Assembly (NCBI GenBank): GCA_951406725.2 | Contig: OX597830.1 | Location: 41,850,001-41,914,000, forward strand | Reading direction: 5' to 3' | Origin: Octopus vulgaris | Taxonomy: Eukaryota | Length of the DNA stretch: 64,000 nucleotides | Shown here: positions 47,126 through 61,238 of the stretch, one piece after another | How positions within the stretch are numbered: position 1 is the first letter of the stretch | Layout of the letters: each line of letters starts with the position of its first letter | Notes under the pieces: model-generated | Databases searched by the model: none | What the model was told of the DNA's origin: nothing | Seen by the model: the letters and a program-made list of their open reading frames with translations, nothing else | Translations under genes and position numbers: made by a program

Positions 47126-49214
47126 CTGCAAAGATAGAATCACAATAAACACACACACACACACAAAAATCTATATCCTGTTGTTATATTTTCATTAATT
47201 TCTACGACTAATTTTTTTAATAAATAATTGAGAAAAAAAAAGTATATTAAGTAAAAGCAAGCAATTGTTATCAAGCAATGTAAATGAAGCAATTGACATT
47301 TCTTAAAAAAAAAAAAAAAAAAATAAAAAGATAAAAATGAAAAGCACCCATAACAAAACAACCTGAATTGAAGAAAGATAAAAGTTTTTTTTTTGTTTGA
47401 TTTAATATTTCTTTTCCATATTTAATTACACATTAGATAATGATAATAATTTCTTTATCTACGTCATTTTCATGTCAACAGACTGTCTACATTACAAAAG
47501 ATTGGTCTTAATGACATGCAAAAGAAGTAAACGAAGAACATATTATGACCAAACTTTTAATATACATTTTTAGTGTAACTTAATATCAAAAAAAAAAAAA
47601 CAACTTTGTATATTTTTGATAATACATTTGAAATATATATAAAAAATTTTATTTATGATAATAGAAAATTCAAACACTGATTATTCAAAAATGATTATAT
47701 TTGCGGGTGAGGGTAAACACAAATGGTTAACAAAAATGATCTTTTACGAAATTTGCTTAAAAGTACCAAATTAATAGTATTTAGAAATTTATAAAGGAAA
47801 ATACATTTCAGCAACTTGTTTTGCTATGGGTGAAAAATCCAGTGTTTTGGTCACTAGTTCTTCTTTGCTGAGAGAGAATGAAGAAGTCTTAGTATAACAA
47901 GCATCAAAATTACAAAGGAATTACACGTTTGAATTTTGTTTAAAGAACAAAAGTGCCTGAAGCATTTGTTTTGCCAAGATGAGAAACCAATTAACTGTAA
48001 TTTATTTTTCTTCTACAAACTAGAGGGAGCAGGAATGGCTATGTGACCAAGAAGCTTGTTTTGCAACTCCATGGTTTCAGTTTCAATCCCACTGCATTGC
48101 TTCTTAGGCAATTGTCTTCTACTGGTCGACCAATGCCTTGAGAGAGAATCTGGCAAATGGAAACTGTGTAGAAGCCTACGGAGCACACACATGCACAAAT
48201 ATACCCACACTGAATGGGCTTCTTTCTCTTTCTGTCTATCAAATCCACTCACAAGGCTTTGGTCAGCCTGGGGCTATACTACAGAACAGTGCCCAAAGTG
48301 CCACACAGTGGGACCAAACTTCTTACCACACAGCCACACCTAAACACACATATATATATATTTCAATGAGTAAATTCCAATGTGTGAAAATAACAAATGC
48401 CATACAGCTTGATGTTTGTACATACATAGACATACATGCACATACACACACACACTCGCACATACATTCCATGTATTAACCAATTAGAGTTGTCTCTCTT
48501 AGACTAGCTGCAACAGTCAGCCACAGCACAATCTCTTCCTCTCTCAGTCAATCTGACACCAGAAACCTCGCATTCTATAAATGCTTACTCTCTTCTACAG
48601 CAGTGATTCTCAACCATTTTTTTTTGCCAGTAGAACCCCTTTGATTCCTATTTTATTCTACTGGACCTCCAGAGCCATTCGATGTACATAAAAAAATCCT
48701 TTTATATATTTTTATAATTAAACTTTGTTTGGAATTGTATAAAAAAATTAAAATATTTTGTATATTGTATAAGCAATTTATTGCAGATAAATTTTAACAA
48801 CAAAGTCTTGTGTGGACCCACAAGTGTCATGTGGACAGCTTCAGTTTCTCTGACAGTTGTATTTGTTGCCTGCATAGTATACAACAAAATATACTTAGAA
48901 GAGGCAACCATGTTACCCCTTCAGCATTCAAACCAGTCATATTCAGCCCAAACATTCTGTTTTACTGTTCTAACTGGACAGATCCAGTCTCTCACACCTA
49001 CCCTACAATGTCAGGGGGAATGTTGACATCTCAGTCAGTTATATGCCATGGAAATTGGGTAGTCAACCTCATGAGTCATGGGACTGAAGACAGTAATGCC
49101 CAGGGTGTTGATGATGATGATATGTTTGTCCCTTTAAAGGTCTTGGTCACAGTCCTGTGACCATGCTGGAGCACCACCTTAATTTATTTGCTATCAGTTT
49201 TAAGGCAGCTTTAT

Positions 49215-49546
49215 GGTGCATGGCTCAGTGGTTAGAGCGTCGAGCTTACGATCATGAGGTTGTGAGTTCGAATCCTGGACTGGGCTCCGTGTTGTGTTCT
49301 TGAGCAAGACACTTTATTTCACGTTGCTCCAGTTCACTCAGCTGTAGAAATGAGTTGCGATGTCACAGGTGCCAAGCTGTATCAGCCTTTGCCTTTCCCT
49401 TGGATAACACTGGTGGCGTGGAGAGGGGAGGCCGGTATGCATGGGCGACTGCTGGTCTTCCATAAAACAACCTTGCCTGGACTTGTGCCTGGGAGAGTAA
49501 CTTTCTAGGTGCAATCCCACGGTCTGTTATGACCGAAGGAGGTCTC
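49215..49546 (+). mobile_element. tRNA-derived SINE
   Basis: TGGCTCAGTGG A box and GAGTTCGAATCC B box, then TCTTGAGCAAGACACTTTATTTCAC; related heads at 2681-3022 (+) and ~60250-60515 (-). Confidence 0.8.
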
Positions 49547-50864
49547 AACTTCAACTTATGGCTGGAGGCTGGTTTTATGATTGAGTTTGTTAGCAGCTGA
49601 CCTTCCCCAAGCGTATCCTTAAATGATTGGCTGGTCTGAGTCTAAACAACTAATTGACTTGACTTCAGTTGTTTGACTGTAAACTCAACCCATTTATAAA
49701 GAAATGAAACAAGGTTTCATACAAGAACTACTTTCAATTTCACTGGAACAGACATCAATACTCTATCAATAAAAAGCAAGAGAACATACTCATAGGCTGT
49801 AGAAACACACACAGCCGAAAATAATCCTTAATTAAAGTGATATTTCAAAGTACATTTCAGTTTTACAATCTGAATGGAATGAAATTAGATGAAAGATGAT
49901 TCTACTACTGCTACTACTAATACTACCACCACCACCTCCACCACCATCAAGGATGATGATGGTGATGATTATTGTTATTTATTAAAAACATATTTCTTCA
50001 GAAGTAGTAATAATAATATTAATAATAATAATAATAATAATAATATTGCATCTGGACAGCTGTGAACAGTGTGAGAAATTACTTCTCTGTCTCTCTCTCT
50101 CTATCTCACACACATACACATCAAACCAAACAGCAAAGGAATAAACTGAATTTTATCTTTTTAAAGCAACTTTTTTCTTGTCAGAATTAAGACTATGTCA
50201 CAGAGACATTTTGAACCTAGATCCATCTTATGTGTGTGTGTGTGTGTGTGCCTGCATGTGTGCATGCTGTGTAAACAGCAATAATGAAATTTTTGCAAAA
50301 ATACAGAAAAAAAGAGAGAGAAGAAAAAAAGCCCTACATAAAACTTGTTAATTTTGCCAAGGTGAGAAAAGAGACAGTCATTATATTTCAGTTAAACACA
50401 AATAACATTCTAAATGTTATTTTTATCAATTGATAAGTGGTCTTCATGGCAATTTTAATTTTGCATGTTTACATGATAACCTACTGTGTTTGACAGGTCA
50501 TATTGTACTTTAATATTTTTTTTTCTACTCCAGGCACAAGGCTCGAAATTTTGGGGGGAGGGGGCCCTTTGTACTTTAATATCTATTTCTTTATTTCCCA
50601 CAGGGGGCTAAACATAGAGGGGACAAACAAGGACAGACAAAGGGATTAAGTTGATTACATCGACACCAAATGGATGAAAGGCAAAGTCGACCATGGCAGA
50701 ATTTGAACTCAGAATGAAATACTGGCAGATGAAATACCGCTAAGCATTTTGCCCAGCATGTTAATGCTTCTGCCAGCTCGCTGCCTTTGTACTTTAGGGT
50801 TAATAAATTAAGTACCAATTGAGTATTAGGGTCGATGTAATTGACTTATCTCTTCCCCTGAAAT

Positions 50865-51106
50865 CAGGGCTGTGGAGTCAAAACAAAAAACTTGACTCTG
50901 ACTCCGACTCCTCTTTATGTAATTAAGTGATTCTGGTCTTCATATCTCATAAAGTATATGCATACGCTTATACTCTGAGTAGGCCTATATGTTATAACTG
51001 GTTTATATTAAAGAATAAAGATATTGTGAGTCGAAGTTAGTATAGTTTTACTGACCCTGACTCCAGCTATCCCTTAATTGTTTTCGACTCCGACTCCACA
51101 GCTTTG
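50865..51106. mobile_element. GGAGTC-repeat TIR element nested in a SINE
   Basis: CAGGGCTGTGGAGTC ... GACTCCACAGCTTTG; the interior is the reverse complement of the copy at 20328-20566. Confidence 0.7.
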
Positions 51107-54100
51107 TGCCAAAATTTGAAACCAATAATGATTACTTCATATTATTAATATGATGTAATCATACTGTGTAATACTATGTGATGTAAAGGCTGAGGTGTGG
51201 TTATGTGGTGAACAGGTTTGCTTCTCAATGTTGGGCAAGTGTCTCCTATCAAAGTCTTATGAATGGATTTAGTAGATGGAAAGTGAAAGAAGCCTGTTGT
51301 GAATGAGTGTCTGAATTCAAGACCACACAATTGGGAAGCAAGCTTTTTAACCATACAGCGACATCAATATCTACAAACATTATTTCAGTAATGGATCACC
51401 TAATAACTTAGAGACATTACTTTAAACCCTTTAGCATTCGGATTATTTGGTCAAATCTAATGCTTATTTATTCACGTTATTTTGAATTAATCATGCATTG
51501 TCTCATAGCTTTGAGATTTCAATGATGTGATTGTATATTTTTTGAATAACATTGTAAGGCAGGTATGAAAGGCTGGACCTGGTCAGTTCGAACATAAAAC
51601 AGGTAGAATATTTAGGCTGGATATGGCCAGTTTAAATGCTAAACTGAATGTAGGTTGTGTCACACAACATGGTATAAAATGACATGCTACATGGTTATGA
51701 TGTAATACTATATACAATATGTGATGTATGAGAGAGAGAGGGAGAGAGAATGAAGTCCTAAAATATTTAATTGCAATTCCAAAGTTATGCCTAAATTTTT
51801 ACCCAAAATCCTTTTCAAAGAATTTTAGCTACCGTTAATTAATACCCAACAGTCCCTCCCTTCTAGTTCTTGGCTAATTATTTTTAGCAACACTGAATTT
51901 TTCCTTTCGAAATCTCCCTCGCCCCATTTCCAATTAATGCTAAATTATGGAATTTTATCCTAACAAGCTAAGCAAATATCAGCAACCCAATTAGAAAAAT
52001 TATTAAATCATTCTTCAGTGTGTTCTGCATTTTAAATGAATTTCCACAGAGAAGACCCTATGCAAACATTATAAGGATGACTTTGAGAGTAATAAGCCTT
52101 AATGTTTAGAGCCAACAGATCAAGGAGCTATTTACCTCTGTTGGCAAAAAAAGGGGATTCTTTCTGTGAATAAAGGCCAGATTGTATGATGCTTATGTAG
52201 AAGTGTGGCACTGCATAGTAGAGAAGCATGGGTAAGGACAACAGCCTCATATAATGTATACTTTTTGTCTTAATTTGTGATTCCACCTTGCTTGAGACTG
52301 CCACTGGTTCTATGATATAAACTTCCTGCTTTAAAGATAACTAATTATAAACCTCCCCCTCAAAATTCCATGTTAATTTATGTTCCAAGCTCCAGTTTAA
52401 TAATGACCAAGTTATTTTACTAGATTCTTCATTATTTTCAAAATTAACTGAAGAAAAATGAAAAAAAAAAAAAACAACAAACAAACAAAAACAAACAAAC
52501 TAGGCAGTGTACTTCAAAATAAATACAATCACAAAAGGATTAAGACCACATATAGTAATCTGAAAACGATTTGGCTGCCATATCTAGCAGGATGAGTGAC
52601 CAGAGAGAGGCTCCTGAGGCTGTCCTTATTTATACATGCATTTGTATAAAATGGCTGAATCATTAGAGAGTTGGACAATATGCATGGCAGCATTTGTTCG
52701 GCTCTTTTACTTTCTGAGTTCAAATCCCACCATAGCTGACTTTGCTTTTCATCCCTCTTGGGGGCCACAAAATAAAGCATCAATGATGTTGCTGGGGGTC
52801 ATTTATTTCAACTAAACCCTTCCCAATTGAAAATTGCAGGCATTGTACATAAACCGGAAATAACAACTGCCACCACCACCACCACTACTACCAATATCTT
52901 TTACTTGTTTCAGTCATTGGACTGTGACCATGCTGGGGCACCACTTTCAAAGGTTTAGTTGAACAACTCAACCCAAATATTTAAAAAATCTAGTGTTTAT
53001 TCTACTGGCATTCTTTTCCTGAACTAAATTACAGGAACATAAACAAACCAACCCCAGTTAAGGTAGGGGAGGACACACACACAGGTTTCCACAGTTTTTG
53101 TGTACCAAATTCACTCACAAAGCTTTGTCTCCAGCTATAATAAAAGGCACATGACTAAAGTGCCACTGGATTGAACTCTAAACCACCTAGTTACAAAGCA
53201 AGTTTCTTAACCATGCAGCCAGCCATACCTGCACCTATAACCTTGTTTACTAGAAGTTTAATTAAAAAATGGCATTATAAGAAACCATTTTCCTGCAAGA
53301 CATTTTAATAATCACCCAGAGCCCCAAGAAACACAATTTTATTTTCTTCATAATTCTTCCATGGCAGAATGGGAAGGAATGCATTATAGGCCTAGGCATC
53401 AAAATAATTACCGTATTTGGCAACGATGATGCTAATTCTAAGTCGAAATTGTTTTGGAAATTTACAAATGAAGATAAAAGAAAATAAATGGGAAACAGAG
53501 AAAGCTATTTTGGTAAAACATTGTACACATTTATAGCAACAGCACCACTCACATTGTTAAGAAGTGTTCCCATTAGCTGAATATTAATAATTAAATATTA
53601 AAAGTATGAATTATTTTATTTTTGTTATTATTCAAAAAAAATATATATAATTTTCTCTGATTCTTTTCTTTTTTTTTTGTCTTTTTTTTCTCTGGTCTTG
53701 ATTAACAAACGAGTTACATTTTTAGCTTAAAAGATGCATTTAGTTTGAAATTTGTTGAATTCTCTTTGATCAGGAATTTATACATTAAAAAAAATCAACA
53801 GCACTAAAACCCAAAGCATCAGCTTTTCTTCTCAAAAAAAAAAAAAGAAAATTAAAAGTAAAAAAAAAAAAAGGGGGACAAAAAACCCCCCAAAAAACCT
53901 CGACTATAATTTATAGTGTTAAAGTATTTCAATAATAGATAATATAGAAAAATGACTGTCAGGAATACAATGCTGCAAGTACATGCTTTAATGCAACAAC
54001 TTTGAGCACAAAGAAAAAAAAAAGACAAAAACAGAAAAAAAAAAATCAAGAACCCATAAATAACAATGAGATGCAGTAGAAATACAAATATGAACCCCCC

Positions 54101-54438
54101 CCACCAAAAAAAAAACAAACAAACAAAAACAATGCAGATATTGAAATGCACACACATGTGCATATATAAATATATGCATGTACACATACAAATGTATACG
54201 TTTGCAAACGCACACAATTTTAAGATGCAAAAGTTGGTCACAGAAAAAAACAAAAAACAAAAACAAAACCCTCTCAACTGTGTGGTTGATGGCATTTAAT
54301 GATTTACCAATAATTATTAGTGTGAAATTAGAAGAGACAAACATCACTATAATGCATGAGCAGATTGATGTATAATTAATACCAAACGAGCAACAAGAAC
54401 CAGACCATGCTTAGCATTACACATGTAAACACACACGC

Positions 54439-54477
<39 letters not shown>

Positions 54478-55180
54478 TACATATATACACACACACACAC
54501 ACATAGATATGAGAGAGAGAATAATCAGAGAGGGGTGGGTCTGATTGAATAACATCATCACACAGGAAGCTTAAAAGAACATTATAATCCAAACAAGGTA
54601 ATTAATAAAATTGAATTTTAAAAAAATAATTCGAACGTAATTTGTCAGTTTTAAGTAAAAATACAAACATTACACACACACACACACACACACACACATG
54701 AAACAGAAAAAAATACAACCAGGAGAAAACATATACATGTGTGTGTGGGTGTGTCCCCAACATCCAACCCATGCCTGTATGGAAAACGGACATTAAATGT
54801 TGATTATAACCATGATGGTATAATACATGAACATTAGGTCTCTTTGTTCATCTACCAGTAGGAAGTGTGAAGCGTGACATCAAGTAGATAATGCCAAATG
54901 AATTCCAATGCAAAACTACACCTAACACCTATAACCATTAAAAGTAATTCTGGAGATCTCAATGATTTTGGTATCATTCCTTCAGCGGTGCTGAACAATT
55001 GATGCAACCAAAGAATGTTCAGCTTCTTTTGGCCCATATGTAGCATGCACCTTTTCTTTCTCAGTCATCCATGCAGTCACATGATACTAAATTAAATGCA
55101 GCTGTAACCACAGAGTGCGTTTTCCCTTAACTCATGCTGGAGTTGTAAGGGGTATTGCAGTGGCAGATGGTGTGTCTTGG

Positions 55181-55410
55181 GTGGCGAGCTGACAGAAACG
55201 TAAACACATTGGGCGAAATGCTGAGCGGTATTACGCCTGCCGTTACGTTCTGAGTTCAAATACCGCCAAGGTCGACTTTGCCTTTCATCCTTGCAGGGTT
55301 GATAAATAAAGTACCAGTTACGCACTGGGGTCGATGTAATCGACTTAATCCCTTTGTCTGTCCTTGTTTGTCCCTTCTATGTTTAGCCCTTTGTGGGCAA
55401 TAAAGAAATA
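55181..55410 (+). mobile_element. tRNA-derived SINE with Deu/Nin-like central domain, family A, with 16-bp TSD
   Basis: GAGTTCAAATACC B box; GTCGACTTTGCCTTTCATCC..GATAAATAAAGTACCAG; TSD AGATGGTGTGTCTTGG at 55165-55180 and 55411-55426. Confidence 0.85.
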
Positions 55411-55932
55411 AGATGGTGTGTCTTGGGGAATTTTCAAACCTGGCAGACCTCACTCATTTTTCAAATCTGGACACAGCTGACTTTTAGTCTATTCTTTCTT
55501 TACACAGAGTAAGAGAATGTGAGAAATAGAGAGAAAAAAAGAATCAACCACAATACTTGACTGGGTCTTTATTGACCCCAAAAGGATTAAAGGCAAAGTT
55601 GTCCTTGGTAGGATTTGAAGTCAGACTTGCAGAGAGCCAGAATGAATATTTCAAGGCATTTTATCAGACATTCTAATGATTGTGATAAATCACACACACA
55701 AGCACGCACGCACACACACTCACACAAGCACACAGAAATTTAATAACAGTTTCACTTAGCTCCACACAAGTTGTGTAAGTGTGTAGGATATGACCATCTC
55801 CTCAGATGTCAAGTGGCCCTTGAACATCTGAAGAGATGGACATGTTCTGCATGCTCATGAAACTTCAAGTCATGCGGACAAAAATCAAACTGTTATTAAA
55901 TACATCCATCATCAATCAAATGTGCCGAGTGC

Positions 55933-55980
<48 letters not shown>

Positions 55981-58157
55981 TGGAGCAGTGGATCTTGAAA
56001 CACATTAAGCTATAAAGCATGTAATTATTAGGCCGAAAAACCCTTTTGAATAGAAAAACTCAAAAGCTTTATGTGTTCAAGATCCATTGTTAAAAAAATT
56101 CATATTCTCTCTAGAGATTATAAATTTTTCTGACATTAACAACATACATACATGCATACATGTATGTATTAGCATAAGCTTAACATAATATGGTCCAGTT
56201 AGAGTTTCAATGTAAATTATTTACTATAATATATAGTGATGTGCACTGGCAGTATATTTTAAAAAGCTTTGTTTCACATCAACTTTATTAGTAGTAGCAG
56301 CAGCAGCAGTAATAGTAATAGTTAGTAATCAGAGATGACTGATGGAATATGTTGGATGTAAGATTTAGGATTAGCCCATTGCAAATTAAAATTATTGGAA
56401 GAAATTATTAAAATTTAAGCAGAAAAATAAATTTGAAGCAGAGACATTATGGTATTTAAAAAAAAGTACTGGGAAGAAGAAAAAAATGAAAGCAATTTTT
56501 GGGAATTAGAAGTTAATAGTGGTCCGTGAATATTGAGTGGTTGGTTATTTGTGATAAGAAGAAGAAACTGCACACATGAAGATACCTAGGAAGGGACCAA
56601 AAGAGAGATATATCTGATGTGCATTGTTACAGAATATAACACTTCTGAACCGTTTTTATAAGATCAATATGAATTAGTCAATGGTACTCTGTGGCCTACG
56701 AGACTTTCTGAAATGCACACCTGAAGAAAAATTGCCTTCACATTTTCAGTAGTGCGGCCCATATGATGCTGAGCCATGTCACATGTGATCCAGTTCTCAA
56801 AACTGGCTGACCATGCCTGATATATATCTTCATTTTCTTTTGGGTGACAAATTGCAAAAGCAAAAACATGCTGACCCTCCCAAAATTGCTTTCCACTTTA
56901 ATCTGCAACTGCCTTCCTGTCCCTTTTCTTCACACAGTGCATACTTGCTCCCTGTACTGTTGGAAAGCCCTAGACCCTACCTTACACAACTCACACAATC
57001 ACCTTTCAACTCTATCTTCTCCCCTTTTCTTAATAACCTCTCATCCCTCTACCTAGAATCTTTACCCAATCTCCTGTTGTCTTTTAGTTATAAGGTGATC
57101 TTCACTAGTGATGGTGACATGCAAAAAAAAAAACAAAAAAAAAACAACTCATTACACTCTATAAAGTGGTTGGCATTAGGAAGGGCATCCAGGTGTAGAA
57201 ACCATGCCAAAGGAAGCATTGGAGCATGACGCCATCCTCCAGATTGTCATATCCAGTCAAACTGTCCAACCCATGCCAGCATTCCATTGAATGATAACGA
57301 TAACATAATCACTTATGACATCAATCTATTTCTGAAACAACAATGATCAACTTGTTTTGTCATTTTACAAATAACACGTTTTACAGGAAATGGTTGTAAC
57401 CTGAAAACCTATGTCATGTTTTTGAAGACAGTTTAAATACTTGGTGTATATAGGTGTAGTATAAAATATAGATTCAGGGAATTGTGCTGCTATCACAGTA
57501 AGCTCCTCCTACAAACTCAGCTATTAGTCCACGTAGGAACCAATCACAAAGTAGTGTAATGTAAAGTATCTGTGTAACTGAAAATCCAGAAATTCTGAGC
57601 AATAACTTATTCAGCGAGGAGTATGGCTAGCATAAACACAGCAGGTGTAAGAAATAAGGATAGATTCATTTATCCACATGGTTACAGCTGTTTCGTAACC
57701 TCCTTCATGTAGTATTAATTTCAGTATGCCAGAAATTATATGCATATTTGCATGTTGGCTCAGCATTATACAATACAATCGTATATTCACAAATTAATGC
57801 AAATGAAGAAAGCTAACTCATCTGATCACCAGAACATCATGGTTTCACAAATGATTCAACTCTAAATAGACACACAAAAATCACTCTTTATATTCACAAT
57901 GTATAGAAGGCAAGAATTGGACTATATATATATATATATGTAGGCTTAATCAAAAGTTTCATAGATAGAGACATAATGACTTAGTAGAAATCTTTTAACC
58001 AGTTTTTAGACCTCTAAAACATATATAGAAAAAGAAAAAGCAATGCCTTTTCCATTACAAGCAATACACTAATGACAACCCCTTTCAACCAAGCTATTGC
58101 CTCAGGTTAAGGTAATATTTTAAAAGTGAGGCCTTTCAATATGTCGACTGTCTAAAC

Positions 58158-58447
58158 CAGTGGTTCCCAAACTTTTACAGGCTGTTGCCCCCTTGGCTCC
58201 CAGGCCATGTTCCTAGCACCCCACCTACTCACCACCACAAACATAGACCACTTTCAGCAGCAAATTCAAAACAACTGTATTTCACAAGTAAAACTTAACT
58301 TAATCAACCCATTATCTTGGGTTTCTTTATATCCATCATCCCCGTTTGACTACTCCATTATCGCTCCTCTATTCTTCAATCCCCTTTCCTCCCAGATCTT
58401 TCCACCACCCCACCAAGGGGCAGTACTGCCTGCCTTGGGAACCATTG
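58158..58447. mobile_element. hAT/Charlie-like MITE with perfect 8-bp TSD
   Basis: GTCTAAAC|CAGTGGTTCCCAA ... TTGGGAACCATTG|GTCTAAAC. Confidence 0.85.
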
Positions 58448-59963
58448 GTCTAAACCAATCAAATTTATCTAATTTGAATAAAATGAACTTTGTTCATCTT
58501 TGATTGGTTCTTAAGTATTTGCTCAAAGAGTATGCATATATTATAAAATCAGAAACGAACAGCTCAATGCTGACACAATAAATATTTTACACACACACAC
58601 ACCTCTCATTGGATGGAGTATCTTTTATTGTTGGTCCAACTAATAATGGAACAGTGCACTGTGTATGTGGTTATTGCTCTTAGACTCTTATTTGTATCCA
58701 TGGTTGGATAAAAACTCAAACACAAACATTTAAACAATCACAAGAGAAACGATACAAAAACAAACAAACAAGAAAGGAAACACCGAAACGAATATTTAAA
58801 GCACTGACAGGGAATTGTTTAGAAAACCACAAACATCACAAAATTAAAGCAGTTCCACATGTTACCCAAATTAAAAATCAAACAAAAAAAAATAAATAAA
58901 AACAAAACAAACAAAAACAAACAAAAAATAGATTAATTTCCTTCTTTTCAAGAAAATGTTGCATAAGTAAAACCTTTTCATGATAGGTTTTTTCATTAAG
59001 AAAGTTGTAAGAAATTAATTATGTGCTTCATAATAATCAAAATTATTTTAAAAAAAAATTGTCGAGAAATAAATAATTAGATTAAATAATAATAATAATG
59101 ATGATGATGATTGCAGGAAGAAAAACTATGACTTTTGTTTAATAATCAGTTATTTTGTAAAGGTAAGAAAATTTAATATGAATGTTCACACCTTGATAAA
59201 AACCAAGAATTTTAATGTTTAATAAACTAATCAAACTATTGGTGAAATCAGATTGCTAATAATGATTATTAGTTTCAAATTTTGTGCATTACACAATTAT
59301 TAGGCACAAGGTTTCATGAAGATAAATAATGTTTGCACTAAATCTATTAAAATTGTAATTGTTAATGTTGGTACTGTAATATAATGATGATGGGAGACAT
59401 TCTGGTTATAACCATTCCATTGGTTTCCTAAGCACACTGTAGAAAAACCTTGAGGGCCACATTTACCGATGTGCTCTTCTTGTCTAATGTACTAGGGAAG
59501 TGGTTCTTAACTTGAGGGATAGCAACCCACTTCCTTGGGATCATTGTGAACTCACAAGGGGGGTCAGGAGTTGTCAAGGGAACACCATAGGGGCAGGGGA
59601 AGTCAGGTGTTCAGTCCTTTTGATACTAACCACTAAGTTATATGATACAAACTGTTTTAAATTGATCTAGGTTAAAACTTTCCAACAAAATTCTATGTTA
59701 ATCTATGTTCTAAACACTGGCTTACATCATGACAACAGTTATTTTAATAAATTCTTCAGGATTTTCAAAATTAATTGAAACAAAGGCAATGTGTTTCCAT
59801 AGAAATACGGTAAAGTAAGGACTAAAAGAATCATGTTTTTTCTTAGCAATAAACTATTTAAATGTGGCAAAAAATAGTTATGTTTTTAATTATTTAACTG
59901 TTTTATTTTTGGACTATAATTTGTTGATGGACATAACTTGTTTCCCATTTTCTCAATACTTGA

Positions 59964-60044
59964 TACATACACACACACTCACATATACATACATACATAC
60001 ATATATATATACATACATACACACACATATATACATACACATAT

Positions 60045-60075
<31 letters not shown>

Positions 60076-60131
60076 TATACACATATATACATACACGCAC
60101 ACATACACACATATTCATATACACATATATG

Positions 60132-60167
<36 letters not shown>

Positions 60168-60228
60168 CATACACATATTTATATACACACATATATAAAT
60201 ACATACATATACACACACATACACACAT
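59964..60228. repeat. Compound (CA)/(TA) microsatellite
   Basis: Seen directly; other (TA)n or (TG)n tracts near 8333-8368, 9547-9586, 10047-10088, 32818-32895, 55935-55977. Confidence 0.9.
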
Positions 60229-61238
60229 CATGGTATCAACCAGACTACCAGATGTTATATATCACTGGTCACAATGCGCTTTGCATTGTTTTAGCCTTCA
60301 AATAATGCCATCCTGATGGCTTGGCAAGCAGGCCAACATCACCCCTTGATCAGAAGGTATTCAACTGCAGGGTTACCCATTTACAGCTGAGCAGGCTGGA
60401 GCAACATGAAATGAAGTGTTTTGCTCAAGAACACAATGTGCTACCTGATTCCCAGAACTGAACCCATAGTCTAGAGTTATGAGCGCAACACCCTAACCAC
60501 TAAGCCATGTATCTTCGCACTCACACACACACGCACGCACGTGTGCTTGCATGTGCATGATTTGTTAACACCAAAAGTATTTTAATTACTAGTATTTTAT
60601 TTAAAGCTTAAATTGTATTGTTAATCTTTCTTCTAAATAATTTATTCACATGCACTAATTAAGTGAACCTAAATAGAAATTCATTATACAAGTCCTTGCC
60701 TACTTTTAGTAATTTTTATAAATATTTAGCAAAGGGGACACCAGTCCAAGCAAATACTTAAAAAAAAAGAGAGTACATGGTGGATAGGAGAGAATACAAA
60801 CATGTTGATAATAAAGCACTGTGTAAAATTAGCCTTTGTTTGGTTAGAATAAACTATTTTTCTTTTAAAACACAGGGAGGGGGGAAAATACCATTTGGTG
60901 AAAGGGAGTACTAACTATATAAGTTTGAGAATATCTGTAGTAGAGCAAGATTTGGCTGCTATTTCCAACAGGCCAAATGACCACAAAAAGACCCTTACAT
61001 TGGCTAGTGACAAACATTGATGATGACAATAATGCAAGCTATAGAGTATAACTATTGTTTATCTAAACAACAATAGCATCAGAAAACCGAGCAGTTCTAG
61101 GAGATGGTTTTAGAATTATTGTTTCCTAAACTCCTAAACTGAAGGTAAGTATCTGTTATTATCTTAGGTTAAGAAAATAATATTCAGAGTCAATGAAAAT
61201 ACATTCACTATTTATTTTTATTATTACTATGATTATTA

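Noticed and set aside
47805-47867. Possible 63-nt poison exon with in-frame TGA
   Set aside because: Weak donor (AAT|gtattt) and no supporting evidence
49215-49290. tRNA-like sequence
   Set aside because: A and B boxes run into a repeated SINE body and the acceptor stem is not convincing; this is a SINE head, not a tRNA gene
49790-49796. Possible 7-nt microexon (tttctacag|CCTATGA|gtatgt)
   Set aside because: Frame-shifting and expected by chance in 17 kb of U-rich intron
53852-54347. Hydrophobic Phe/Leu-rich ORFs
   Set aside because: Produced by poly-T low-complexity sequence; no domain signature
59864-60316. 150-aa His/Thr/Tyr/Ile-rich ORF and similar YIYI/HTHT ORFs
   Set aside because: Translations of dinucleotide microsatellites
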